Sequence record: PV654397.1
Length of the DNA stretch: 64,000 nt
Direction: 5' to 3' (one strand)
The notes under the pieces were generated by a model. The model saw only the letters and a list, made by a program, of their open reading frames with translations, ran no database searches and had not been told where the DNA came from. The position numbers and the translations under genes were made by a program. Of the stretch, positions 53,684-62,751 are shown in pieces. Numbering within the stretch: the stretch's first letter is position 1; each line of letters opens with the position of its first letter.

Positions 53684-53860
53684 TTAGTACGAATCAGATT
53701 CCCAGTACTCGATTGCTTCTTTCAGCAATTCTTTAGCACGTTGTTTTGCAATGCGAGCGGGTAACAGATATGTGTACATTAACTGTCGCTTCACTTCATT
53801 CAGTGAAAGCTGTTCATGGTACAGTGCATCCATCAGTCGATTACGAGTACGTAGTTTCAT
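53684..53860 (-). CDS. small hypothetical protein (58 aa, MKLRTRNR...; not in ORF track)
   Basis: AAGGA SD. Confidence 0.65.
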   Translation of the reverse strand: MKLRTRNRLMDALYHEQLSLNEVKRQLMYTYLLPARIAKQRAKELLKEAIEYWESDSY

Positions 53861-53871
53861 ATAAGTTATCC

Positions 53872-54426
53872 TTATTTCAAAGAATCATAGTAAGCAGTGT
53901 CAAAGATTGGAGTCATAATAACATAGTCAATACGGTCAATGTAAGTTGAACTCCACATTTCTGGTTTGTCATATAATTGACGCTCGCGTTCATTCATACG
54001 AGTCAGTACTTCTTCCAATTTACTACGTGAAGCCATCAATGTATTACGCGATCCATAAGTGAAGTACTCAGTCCATTGATATTCATATTCAGTACTGATA
54101 GATTGAATAGTACCATCTTTGAAATGAGCTAAGGCATATCCTTTCTCTACAAAGTTATCAGGTGGAAGAACACTATCTGGATTAGTTTTCAATGCTTTGG
54201 TTAACTTTTCTTTAATTTCAGTTAACGTGCATACTGAACGAATGTTCTTCAGGTTTGATACTTGAAAATCACTGTACTTTCCAAAGAAAAATACACGCCA
54301 ATCTTTAGGTTCATTATCAGATACGGTAATATTCGGATGATGGGCGAGTAAACGAAGAAGGCCAGCTTTGTGACCGTTAATGTAGATCTCATGGATGTGG
54401 TTAGCAGTTTTCTTAAAAGTAATCAT
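53872..54426 (-). CDS. hypothetical protein (184 aa)
   Basis: GAGGA SD, leader hairpin and TTGACA promoter. Confidence 0.75.
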   Translation of the reverse strand: MITFKKTANHIHEIYINGHKAGLLRLLAHHPNITVSDNEPKDWRVFFFGKYSDFQVSNLKNIRSVCTLTEIKEKLTKALKTNPDSVLPPDNFVEKGYALAHFKDGTIQSISTEYEYQWTEYFTYGSRNTLMASRSKLEEVLTRMNERERQLYDKPEMWSSTYIDRIDYVIMTPIFDTAYYDSLK

Positions 54427-54502
54427 GACAATTCCTCGATTGTGGGGATGAGAAGTTCATCCCCTTGATAAACATTATACAGTACTGAATGAGTTTGTCA
54501 AC

Positions 54503-54883
54503 TCAAAATAAATTCATTTCATGTGCGTATTGTGGTTCAAGATGCGATAAGTTTTTGAAGCTTTCTTTCAACTCAGCATCATCTACATACACCGTGCCTG
54601 GTACATTCCCCATAGTGAAACCTACCCACACAGTCATGTCACCAGTCCCTAAGCGTGGCATTGATAGCGAACCATCAGGTGAAACATCAAACGCTACACT
54701 GAAGTCATTCGTCACAACGTCAGAACCATTTTCGAGAATAATACAACCACGTTCTTTAAGCTTCTGAATGTGGATAGCAGCCTCTACAGCACGTTTGAAG
54801 TTATAGTAAGACTCTTTATCCTCAAACATTGATTGTTTAATCAGACGCTTGTTTAGCTCGGTTACTTTGTGCATTTGACGCAT
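54503..54883 (-). CDS. hypothetical protein (126 aa)
   Basis: Coupled to the upstream gene. Confidence 0.7.
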   Translation of the reverse strand: MRQMHKVTELNKRLIKQSMFEDKESYYNFKRAVEAAIHIQKLKERGCIILENGSDVVTNDFSVAFDVSPDGSLSMPRLGTGDMTVWVGFTMGNVPGTVYVDDAELKESFKNLSHLEPQYAHEMNLF

Positions 54884-55140
54884 TACTTATCCATCTCCCA
54901 CAGTTGTAGAATTTCATAAGAGCCTGGTGGTGCTGGATTCCTGATCTCAGGGAATTGAGTACTTTTAGGATTTCCACCAGCATTAAATTCATCAAGTAAT
55001 GATTCCAGTTCGCGACGATCCTGAACAACATAAACACAATCACCTGAACCTTCTTCGAGAATCATTTCACTTCCTGCACAATCCCATACTGTTGAGATAC
55101 ATAGAATCTCTTTTGTATTTTTATTACGCAATGCAAACAT
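54883..55140 (-). CDS. hypothetical protein, paralog of 52752-53021
   Basis: MFALRNK...YVVQDRRELESLL...FPEI...YEILQL. Confidence 0.7.
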   Translation of the reverse strand: MFALRNKNTKEILCISTVWDCAGSEMILEEGSGDCVYVVQDRRELESLLDEFNAGGNPKSTQFPEIRNPAPPGSYEILQLWEMDK

Positions 55141-55149
55141 AGCAATCCC

Positions 55150-55518
55150 CTATCGATTTGGCATTTTATCTCGTAATTTCACAAGATAATCAATCACGGT
55201 ACATCCTGAAATAAAGGTAATATAAGTACTGAAAAATCCTACCAGAATAAAGGCAACAAGCGTACTCCCATTTGGTTCTTCAGCTTTAATACCAATGATA
55301 CCATCAGATGCAGTGAAAAATGTAGACATAAACGTTAGACAGATGTACATCACTAATAAGAATTCATGTTCTAATGACGGATAAAAACGGTCAAAGAGTT
55401 TATAAAATTTAAAGTACAGTAGGAGTATACCAACAAAGGCATAGAAAGTAAACAGTGTTGTTATGATATATGATATTAAATTTAAATTATACATCTCAAC
55501 GCTCCGGTAGATTATCAC
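55150..55518 (-). CDS. small 3-TM membrane protein, same family as 44929-47368
   Basis: LYFKFYKLFDRFYP; KLRDKMP tail. Confidence 0.75.
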   Translation of the reverse strand: MIIYRSVEMYNLNLISYIITTLFTFYAFVGILLLYFKFYKLFDRFYPSLEHEFLLVMYICLTFMSTFFTASDGIIGIKAEEPNGSTLVAFILVGFFSTYITFISGCTVIDYLVKLRDKMPNR

Positions 55519-55843
55519 GTAAGGTTTTAATTCGATTATACAATTTCATTGCTACATTCCCAAATAAACCAGAACCCATTACTAAAATGTATGCGATGAT
55601 CATAGTAATAATTACAATAGTACCTAGACTGTAATGTACTGCACTGATACCCATTATTGTTTCTACAATGATGTGAGCAACAGAAATCATCAAAAGTACT
55701 ACTACAATTGGATGATTTGGATACATTCGGTTAAACAATGTTTTGTACTTAAAGAAGTACAGTACTCCACCAAATAAGAAGTACACAATGTAGATTGATG
55801 CAACGGCATAAGCAAACGCATTAGTGTAAAAAATCATTATCAA
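55496..55843 (-). CDS. small 3-TM membrane protein, same family
   Basis: YFFKYKTLFNRMYP; TLRDNLP tail. Confidence 0.75.
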   Translation of the reverse strand: MIMIFYTNAFAYAVASIYIVYFLFGGVLYFFKYKTLFNRMYPNHPIVVVLLMISVAHIIVETIMGISAVHYSLGTIVIITMIIAYILVMGSGLFGNVAMKLYNRIKTLRDNLPER

Positions 55844-55846
55844 TCC

Positions 55847-56185
55847 TTACTTTTCAGGGATTTTATTACGCCACTCATCGATGCGATGAAGCAGTTTAAA
55901 GAGCAAAAATATCGGAACAGTAGCTATCATAGTAGCAATTGTTAGCAATGTCAACACCGATACGAGATTTAATTCGTCAGTACTATATCCACATACCAGT
56001 GCTTCAATTATCCCCCACGTACATGCACTGAACATCAAAAATGAAATTGGTGCATCGTAGTATATGCGTTGATACAAGGTCGTGTATCGGAAGAATGCAA
56101 TAATGTAACAAAACATGTAATACACCCAAATTAACGATACTACATAAAATGATACCTTATTAATTAATTCAAAATGATGTTCCAT
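55847..56185 (-). CDS. small 3-TM membrane protein, same family
   Basis: FFRYTTLYQRIY; EWRNKIP tail. Confidence 0.75.
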   Translation of the reverse strand: MEHHFELINKVSFYVVSLIWVYYMFCYIIAFFRYTTLYQRIYYDAPISFLMFSACTWGIIEALVCGYSTDELNLVSVLTLLTIATMIATVPIFLLFKLLHRIDEWRNKIPEK

Positions 56186-56194
56186 TTTTACCCC

Positions 56195-56470
56195 CTACAT
56201 ATATTCTAAGAATAATGTATTAGCTTCGTCTATGTTCTTAAGATAATACATGTAATACAGATTTGGTTGTCCGTCTTTTGAACTCAAATCAAAGTACTTT
56301 AAACTATGCACCTTCATGACAAAAACAAATAATGACTTAAAACCAATCTCACCGTACTTAATAAACAGTTCATCTAAATGAATGTAACTCTTAGTTTCAG
56401 ATAATTCCTTCACATCAGCTTCAATTTCTTGTAAGCGAAGTTTACCGATTAAGTTTTCAAATGAACGCAT
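56195..56470 (-). CDS. hypothetical protein (MRSFENLI...)
   Basis: Start trimmed; AAGGA SD. Confidence 0.65.
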   Translation of the reverse strand: MRSFENLIGKLRLQEIEADVKELSETKSYIHLDELFIKYGEIGFKSLFVFVMKVHSLKYFDLSSKDGQPNLYYMYYLKNIDEANTLFLEYM

Positions 56471-56481
56471 GATGTTGTTCC

Positions 56482-56895
56482 TTATGCTGGTACACAATTT
56501 TTTATAATGAATACACGTTTCATGAATGAACTTTCATATACGTACTTCAGTTTACCATTTTCACGCATACGATGAAACACATCTTTACCGCTAGTACTCC
56601 ATGTTGAACCAGTCTCTGCATCAACATTGTTCATTACACCAGATGTTACATTCACCCCGTACTTGAAGCTAAAGGTACTACCTTCTTCCACTAGAGGGAT
56701 TGGTGTACTACGTTCATGTTCCAGTACAAGTTTACTGCCGATGATGTTGTACGAAGTTAGCTTGCATTTTAAAACACCCATCTCTTGTGCAGTTGGGTAA
56801 TTCTTCTCAAATAAATCAGATACTTCATTTGCATAACAAACTGAACTAATCATAAGAAGTAATGAACTGATAGAACGGAAAATAACTTTTAACAT
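56482..56895 (-). CDS. secreted/periplasmic protein with Cys pair
   Basis: Signal peptide ending VCYA; own promoter cassette. Confidence 0.75.
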   Translation of the reverse strand: MLKVIFRSISSLLLMISSVCYANEVSDLFEKNYPTAQEMGVLKCKLTSYNIIGSKLVLEHERSTPIPLVEEGSTFSFKYGVNVTSGVMNNVDAETGSTWSTSGKDVFHRMRENGKLKYVYESSFMKRVFIIKNCVPA

Positions 56896-56961
56896 GTTTG
56901 CCTCCAGTAGTTGATGAAATGATTATAGCAAAAAGGGCCGACCGAAGTCAACCCTTTTCTT

Positions 56962-57336
56962 TTATATTTTACATGTCATGTCTGGTTTTGGCTTTTCATT
57001 CTTTGGCTTTTCAAATGGATTTGGCTTAGGGGACTTTTTATCTTTGTCATCTTTAGCTTTCTTTTTGTTTTCTTTTTTATCCGATTTGTCAGCTTTGTCT
57101 TTCTTATCTTTTGAATCTTTGTCAGCTTTAGATTGTGGTTCCTCACATACAGCAGTTTTTGGCTCCGGCATATCACATGAGTTATCCACTGGTTTAATGA
57201 ACTCTTTACAGTTGTAGAAGTATAAACTTTCATTGGTAGTAAGATTGTGGAATCTAAAGGTATTTTCACCATTAGTATATACTTTCTTAGTACTCTCAAT
57301 ATCATTACACATTGCAACTGTGTCACCGGAATTCAT
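56962..57336 (-). CDS. protein with K/D-rich low-complexity tail (possibly C-terminal half of a split gene)
   Basis: DKDSKDKKDKADKSDKK; overlaps the upstream ORF by 14 nt. Confidence 0.55.
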   Translation of the reverse strand: MNSGDTVAMCNDIESTKKVYTNGENTFRFHNLTTNESLYFYNCKEFIKPVDNSCDMPEPKTAVCEEPQSKADKDSKDKKDKADKSDKKENKKKAKDDKDKKSPKPNPFEKPKNEKPKPDMTCKI

Positions 57337-57574
57337 GCTCGATACCTATTACATCCGACTTACGTTCAGATAGTATTCCAGACGTATATCGATCTTTGTT
57401 ATCAAATGCATTGAACCCTATAGTTTTATTATTGTCATGTACCAATCCTCTAGTGTAAGACTTGGTATAGAACTCACCGTTTCTAAACTCCTGTCTAGCA
57501 ATGGAGCACTGGTATTCAGTACTATAAACTATATCAGTAAACAATACAAGTGAAAATAAAACATATTTAAACAT
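57323..57574 (-). CDS. secreted protein, related to 56482-56895
   Basis: Signal peptide, early Cys, YTSGIL vs VTSGVM; TGTAAATA upstream at 57604-57611. Confidence 0.6.
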   Translation of the reverse strand: MFKYVLFSLVLFTDIVYSTEYQCSIARQEFRNGEFYTKSYTRGLVHDNNKTIGFNAFDNKDRYTSGILSERKSDVIGIEHEFR

Positions 57575-57645
57575 TGCATTACCTCTTATAAAACCCTCTA
57601 CAATATTTACAAAAAAAGGTTGACCGAAGTCAACCTTTTAAATGT

Positions 57646-59133
57646 TTATTTTTTATCCTTTCCAACACCACGGTCGTACTCTTTGAATGAGTTATCAAGT
57701 GTAGTTAGTGCATACTCATATGCTTCTGGTGATTCAATGTCAACATCATCTGCACCATTTACTAAATCAGCCCAAGCCTTTTGAAGTTTACGAGCATTGT
57801 TACCAACATTATCTTTAATCCAACTAATATTTTTGTTGATACTTTTACTATCAGCACCTGCTTTTTTACCAATCTCGGATATCCACATCATTAACTTTTG
57901 AAGTTCATGAATTGATTTATCAGTCATTTCAAGATGTTCTTCTTCCATACCGTCAGAATCAGATGAACCAACGTCAATTCCATGTTTAGCTAATAGTTTA
58001 CCAAGTTCAAAGAATGCAGCTTCAGCAGGGAAGTCATAACCTTTGTCTTTGTAGTTATTCCATGCACTATCAAACTCGTCAACAAAACGGTTAGCATAAT
58101 CTGGATTTTTAACTAATGCTTTATATACTGCCATTGCATGTTCAAAACCTTCTTTATCTGACCCAAACTCTTCCATCTCAGGACGATGAATGTACCCATC
58201 CATATCAACGGTATCAGGTAGATCTTCTTGCTCAGGCACAACATCTTTCTGTTCAACTGCACCTTCTTCATCTTTACGTAGTAGATATCCATCAGGTGTC
58301 ACTTTCTCACCATGTTCTGCTTCATACTTTTTCATAGTGTTGAATGCAGCATCCATAGCTGTTACGAAGCGACTTTTCTCACCTTGTACATAAGATTTAA
58401 GTGCACTGTTAACTGCATCTGATACGAGCTTAACCTTATCGTCTTTACCTTCTAAACGGTTTTCAAGTTTAGCCAGTACATTCTTGACTTGCTGGGCATT
58501 AGCACGGTCTGCTTTACCAATATTATCAAAAGTTTTAAGAATACCATCAAGACTTGCTTCACCCTGTTCAGGTTCTTTGGAATCTTCTTTGTGTGTACCT
58601 TCAAGTGCACGCATGATAGTACTGAATACTTCAGTAGGTTCAGTACTCTTATTACCTTTCATTGCATCAAGTACAGCTTGTGCTTTACCTTTGAGTTCTT
58701 CTTTAGGAACTGCCTGTAGTGCTTTGACAATACCCTGAATCAACTGTGGTTTGTTAGCAAAGATCTTACCTAAGTTATCAGATAACTCTTTAACAGGGTT
58801 AGCTGCTTTAGGAGCTTCTGGTTTTGGTTCTTCTTTAGGAACTGCTTGTTCTTTCTCAGCACGTTCCATATCAGCAAGGCGTTGTTTCTGTGTTGCGTTA
58901 AGAAGACCTAATGAGTTAACATAACGTAGCTTTTCTAGCTCAGTCATGTTCTCAGTACTCTTAACTTCACCTGCTTCTGCGTTTGCCTTACCAGCTAAAC
59001 CTGTCCCTTGATTACGTGAACCACGTGACCCCTGTCCTGCTTGGTAGCTATTTTGACGACGATTGCGTTCACTCCATTTATCAGAGTGACCTGCCATGTT
59101 CCCGCCATTTTTATCAGTAAATTGACCTGGCAT
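57646..59133 (-). CDS. late, highly charged helical protein (candidate internal head protein)
   Basis: Likely start MPGQF after GGAGAG SD (track start 59157); exact TATAAATA at 59179-59186. Confidence 0.75.
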   Translation of the reverse strand: MPGQFTDKNGGNMAGHSDKWSERNRRQNSYQAGQGSRGSRNQGTGLAGKANAEAGEVKSTENMTELEKLRYVNSLGLLNATQKQRLADMERAEKEQAVPKEEPKPEAPKAANPVKELSDNLGKIFANKPQLIQGIVKALQAVPKEELKGKAQAVLDAMKGNKSTEPTEVFSTIMRALEGTHKEDSKEPEQGEASLDGILKTFDNIGKADRANAQQVKNVLAKLENRLEGKDDKVKLVSDAVNSALKSYVQGEKSRFVTAMDAAFNTMKKYEAEHGEKVTPDGYLLRKDEEGAVEQKDVVPEQEDLPDTVDMDGYIHRPEMEEFGSDKEGFEHAMAVYKALVKNPDYANRFVDEFDSAWNNYKDKGYDFPAEAAFFELGKLLAKHGIDVGSSDSDGMEEEHLEMTDKSIHELQKLMMWISEIGKKAGADSKSINKNISWIKDNVGNNARKLQKAWADLVNGADDVDIESPEAYEYALTTLDNSFKEYDRGVGKDKK

Positions 59134-59178
59134 TTGATTTCTCTCCATAGATTTCATATTGTTTATTCTCTATGACTA

Positions 59179-59186
59179 TATTTATA
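59179..59186 (-). promoter_or_regulatory. T4-type late promoter
   Basis: Exact TATAAATA. Confidence 0.65.
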
Positions 59187-59238
59187 GTATAAAGAAAAGG
59201 TTGACCGAAGTCAACCCTATTTTCACTGTACTATACCA

Positions 59239-59535
59239 TTAGTAGTTACAGTCAGCTTTCGCTGTGAATGTTTTACTTTCACCTCGTTGTGTGGTGATTC
59301 GTCCGAGTAAAGTAGTTTTGTCAATAGTCATTGTAGTTAGTACTGGAACATTACCTTCAAAGTCAATAGCTTTGAAATTGTAGGTGGTTTCATTCTCCAC
59401 TACACTTGGACCAAAGAGTTCATATGTGTTGATTTCAAGTGTGTCACCATCTGAACGCAACAGTGTACAGTCCAGATTAGGAGTAGCCAGTACTGGGAAA
59501 GCCAAACACATCATCATTACAATAATTAATTTCAT
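59239..59535 (-). CDS. secreted protein with terminal Cys pair
   Basis: Signal peptide ending PVLA; architecture like 15284-15583. Confidence 0.7.
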   Translation of the reverse strand: MKLIIVMMMCLAFPVLATPNLDCTLLRSDGDTLEINTYELFGPSVVENETTYNFKAIDFEGNVPVLTTMTIDKTTLLGRITTQRGESKTFTAKADCNY

Positions 59536-59795
59536 TTCACTTCTCCTGTTTTTTTCTTAGGATCAACCAATGACCAAATGAAGAATCCGAGAATTACAAG
59601 TACCCACAGAATCATGATAAAGAAAGCAAACAGTACAATAGTATTTGTCAAAAAGAAATACAATAGAATGTTCGACCCAATACTACATACAATCAATGCA
59701 GCTTCATGTTTAACAACACGAATGGCTGTAATGAGTGCGGGAAGAAATCCGACAAATAACAGTACTAATGCATATAGTGATAATGTTTCAGCCAT
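59532..59795 (-). CDS. superinfection-immunity (T4 Imm-like) membrane protein
   Basis: FLPALITAIR..KH...N...FFIWSL pattern like Imm YMLPWFIALMR...FIWSI. Confidence 0.5.
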   Translation of the reverse strand: MAETLSLYALVLLFVGFLPALITAIRVVKHEAALIVCSIGSNILLYFFLTNTIVLFAFFIMILWVLVILGFFIWSLVDPKKKTGEVK

Positions 59796-59803
59796 GATAT
59801 CCC

Positions 59804-59917
59804 TTATTTGGTTTGTTCAACACTAGGTGTATTGATATAGGTGTCAATTGAATAACATACTGTACCCACTACAACAGCAGCGATTAGGGCAGTGATGATG
59901 AATTTAGTACCTTGCAT
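59804..59917 (-). CDS. 37-aa single-TM peptide (not in ORF track)
   Basis: GAGGT SD, promoter cassette upstream, hydrophobic FIITALIAAVVVGTV. Confidence 0.55.
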   Translation of the reverse strand: MQGTKFIITALIAAVVVGTVCYSIDTYINTPSVEQTK

Positions 59918-60004
59918 AATTTAATACCTCACGTTGTTTGTATTTTGTATCACTTGATGAAAATATTATACGACAAAGGGCTGACTGAAGTCAACCCCTT
60001 TTAA

Positions 60005-60388
60005 TTATTTTTTAAACTTATGTTTTTCGCCTTCAATAGAGTTCACGATGTCATCATGAATCTTGCGAAGGTTATGAGTTTTCTTTAGTGCTTCATGTAG
60101 TGCACGGAATGCTGCGTGTACTGTTGCCTTGAAGTGCTCTTTAGGAGTCACTTTAAGTTTCTCAATGATATCACGTACATAAATTGGATGATCTTCAAAT
60201 ACACGATTCAATTCATGGCCTAGTGATTCTAGACTGAAAGCTTTTTCACGTGAAGGACGATCATGTGCAAGACTTTGGTCAGGCTTTAGTAGACCTAGTG
60301 AATCAAGATACTTATGCTTATGTGCATTATCAATTCCAGAAATATCCACATCATGCGATGGATCTTTCTTATTCCATTTATCAACCAT
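60005..60388 (-). CDS. late His/Lys-rich protein, paralog of the N-terminal domain of 57646-59133
   Basis: KYLDSLGLL vs RYVNSLGLL; VTPKEHFK vs AVPKEELK; AAGGAG SD. Confidence 0.75.
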   Translation of the reverse strand: MVDKWNKKDPSHDVDISGIDNAHKHKYLDSLGLLKPDQSLAHDRPSREKAFSLESLGHELNRVFEDHPIYVRDIIEKLKVTPKEHFKATVHAAFRALHEALKKTHNLRKIHDDIVNSIEGEKHKFKK

Positions 60389-60420
60389 TTCATACTCCTT
60401 AAAGAGATAAATTACTTTAA

Positions 60421-60428
60421 TATTTATA
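60421..60428 (-). promoter_or_regulatory. T4-type late promoter
   Basis: Exact TATAAATA. Confidence 0.65.
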
Positions 60429-60499
60429 CTTCATGTGCTGTTTATTTCAACAGACACTTAAGATTATATCACATATGAAATGGTTGTTCCAAAGTCAAA

Positions 60500-60943
60500 T
60501 CAGTACTGTTTAAGTTCTGAACTGAAGATAAAGGAATCCATATCTTCTAGTGTTAACTTCAAGTTCGGTGTGTACTTTAATATCACACATTCAGGTTTCT
60601 TAATGGCAGCTTGATAGGCAGCAATTGCCAACTGTTGAAGCTGCTCTGGTGTGTAGTTCATGCGTTCTGCATTGAATACGATGTTCTTAATATCACCACC
60701 TGGCAGCTTCTCAAACTCACGCATAACAGCAGCCATCACATCATCAGATGTATTCTTATAAGCCCAATGAGGTAGTTGCATAACGTCATAAATCTCGCCA
60801 TTGTCGTTCATAAGAGAGATCCATTTTTTACCGTCCGATGAACTAAACAGACGACCTTTAATAGCAATGTTCTCTACCAAATTAACAAAGGCAAATATGT
60901 CTTGCTCATTTAGTTCAATGCTATTAACGTTAATCCAACCCAT
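60500..60943 (-). CDS. hypothetical protein (MGWINVNS...)
   Basis: Start trimmed; GGAG SD. Confidence 0.7.
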   Translation of the reverse strand: MGWINVNSIELNEQDIFAFVNLVENIAIKGRLFSSSDGKKWISLMNDNGEIYDVMQLPHWAYKNTSDDVMAAVMREFEKLPGGDIKNIVFNAERMNYTPEQLQQLAIAAYQAAIKKPECVILKYTPNLKLTLEDMDSFIFSSELKQY

Positions 60944-60956
60944 ACTACATCTCCAG

Positions 60957-61529
60957 TTATAAATCACGAACGACATTCATTAAACACAATTTGGGCTTTA
61001 TCGCATTCAAAACCCATATGCATTCTTTGTAAGTTGCTATTATAGCATCTAAATGCTCAGTTACAATGCTTTCTTGAAAATATTCTTCTTCATTGAGCTT
61101 TGCTAAATTAGTCACATCACATGTAGGTACTATAGGTCTGGATTGTACACCCATTCCATTATTGATATTGGTAAAATGTAAAAAATTGTACTTCACCACA
61201 CCGTTATCTACACTTATGATACATGTCAAATGTTCCAACTCAGTTAGTTCGGTATTACAAGTGACATGAATGAATCCAGCATTATAGGCTCTATAATCAT
61301 CTACTAATATCTCAAAATCATTACGTTTAAATATAAGTGAAATGAGTTTGTCTTGTGGTTTAACCTTCTGAAATTTTACCGAATTTACGTATGATACTTT
61401 AATCTTAGATGAAATTATCTTTTTACTAAGTGCAGTTAATTCTTCTTTAGCCTTAAAAGTTAAAGTTATAGGTCTAAATCTAGAACTTTTGTTCTTCTTT
61501 GATACTTTGAACTTACCTTTTCTATTCAT
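60957..61529 (-). CDS. hypothetical protein (190 aa) with LNEEEYFQES motif
   Basis: Basic N-terminus and C-terminal motif like 23907 and 43041. Confidence 0.7.
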   Translation of the reverse strand: MNRKGKFKVSKKNKSSRFRPITLTFKAKEELTALSKKIISSKIKVSYVNSVKFQKVKPQDKLISLIFKRNDFEILVDDYRAYNAGFIHVTCNTELTELEHLTCIISVDNGVVKYNFLHFTNINNGMGVQSRPIVPTCDVTNLAKLNEEEYFQESIVTEHLDAIIATYKECIWVLNAIKPKLCLMNVVRDL

Positions 61530-61583
61530 TAATTAAACCCCACATAAAGTAAAAGGGTTGGTATTATACCAACCCTATATCTT

Positions 61584-61820
61584 TTATTTTTTAATAGATT
61601 CATAAAGCAGAAACAACCAAATAAACATTGATGAACAAACTACTACTGGGATTAATGTAAATTCAGTAAAGAATAAAAGTATTCCATAAGTTAGTATGCA
61701 ACATAAGTTTACGTACATAATTGCTTCTGCATTTTTATTTTTCATTTTATATGCAATGAATGTTGGTGACCACATTACCAAAAATGCAAACAACGCACAT
61801 ATGATGATTATAGTTTCCAT
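61584..61820 (-). CDS. superinfection-immunity (T4 Imm-like) membrane protein
   Basis: MET start, WSPTFIAYKMKNKNAEAIMYVNL pattern; GGAGGT SD. Confidence 0.55.
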   Translation of the reverse strand: METIIIICALFAFLVMWSPTFIAYKMKNKNAEAIMYVNLCCILTYGILLFFTEFTLIPVVVCSSMFIWLFLLYESIKK

Positions 61821-61890
61821 ATTACACCTCCGTAAAATAATGTTCTGTACTGCTATTATTTACAGAGAATATCTGAAAAATTGATCTAGA

Positions 61891-62115
61891 TCATTTTTTA
61901 GTCACTTTACAATTTGAATCTTTTTTGTACTGAACAATCACATTGTTCTTAAGGAAGATGATGGTCCCATAGGAACCTTGGGCTGCAACTTCAACAATAT
62001 GGTTCTTATATGTTTCAGTGTACCCTTCCATCTCGTTGACACACACTACATGATACTTTGGTTTAGCACATACAACAGTACTCAAGAATAGCAGTACTAG
62101 TACTAGATATTTCAT
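61891..62115 (-). CDS. small secreted or lipoprotein-like protein
   Basis: Signal peptide ending VVCA; Cys pair. Confidence 0.65.
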   Translation of the reverse strand: MKYLVLVLLFLSTVVCAKPKYHVVCVNEMEGYTETYKNHIVEVAAQGSYGTIIFLKNNVIVQYKKDSNCKVTKK

Positions 62116-62165
62116 TTTATTACCTTATAAACAAGAACAGGAATCCTTTTACGGATTCCTATAAT

Positions 62166-62459
62166 TTAGTCCTTTAATGTACCATTGTGTAAACGATTAT
62201 ACACATCATTGCGACGCAATTCAACAATATCTTCAGCGTACTTCATTGTAAACGCCCATGCTTGTGGATGCACATTAAGCTTCATACGAATGCGATTCTT
62301 CATCAATTCACCGCTTAGGCGAACAAACTCATGAACACCACGACTTCCGTACTCTGAAATCAAATCATTGATGTACATGTTGCGAAGGGTTTCGTCTGTA
62401 CATTCTTTGACCATTTCTACGTCTGCCACGATGCTTGCATTTACTGAAGTACTGATCAT
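62166..62459 (-). CDS. hypothetical protein (97 aa)
   Basis: AAGGT SD. Confidence 0.7.
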   Translation of the reverse strand: MISTSVNASIVADVEMVKECTDETLRNMYINDLISEYGSRGVHEFVRLSGELMKNRIRMKLNVHPQAWAFTMKYAEDIVELRRNDVYNRLHNGTLKD

Positions 62460-62470
62460 TTTAAGTTACC

Positions 62471-62737
62471 TTATTTGAATTGGACTGTAATTTTATCACC
62501 TTCAACTACGAACTTACAGTCGTAGCGACGGGCCATATCCATATACATATGCTCAGAATACCACGGAACATCAATAACTGGATGCTCTGCGTATTGTAGC
62601 ACTTCACGGTCACCAACAGTAGTGATGACGAAAGGAATGTTCATCTCTCGCAAAAACAACTCAGCACCTGGTGAACGATTGACAAACTCAGTGTCGTTAC
62701 GCAAAGTAAAACCATTGTATTGTAATTTAAGCTTCAT
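62471..62737 (-). CDS. hypothetical protein (88 aa)
   Basis: GAGGA SD. Confidence 0.7.
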   Translation of the reverse strand: MKLKLQYNGFTLRNDTEFVNRSPGAELFLREMNIPFVITTVGDREVLQYAEHPVIDVPWYSEHMYMDMARRYDCKFVVEGDKITVQFK

Positions 62738-62751
62738 GATTATCCTCTAAG

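Noticed and set aside
56976-57326. Lys-rich 116-aa ORF
   Set aside because: Alternate frame of the low-complexity K/D tract of 56962-57336; starts at GTG without an SD.
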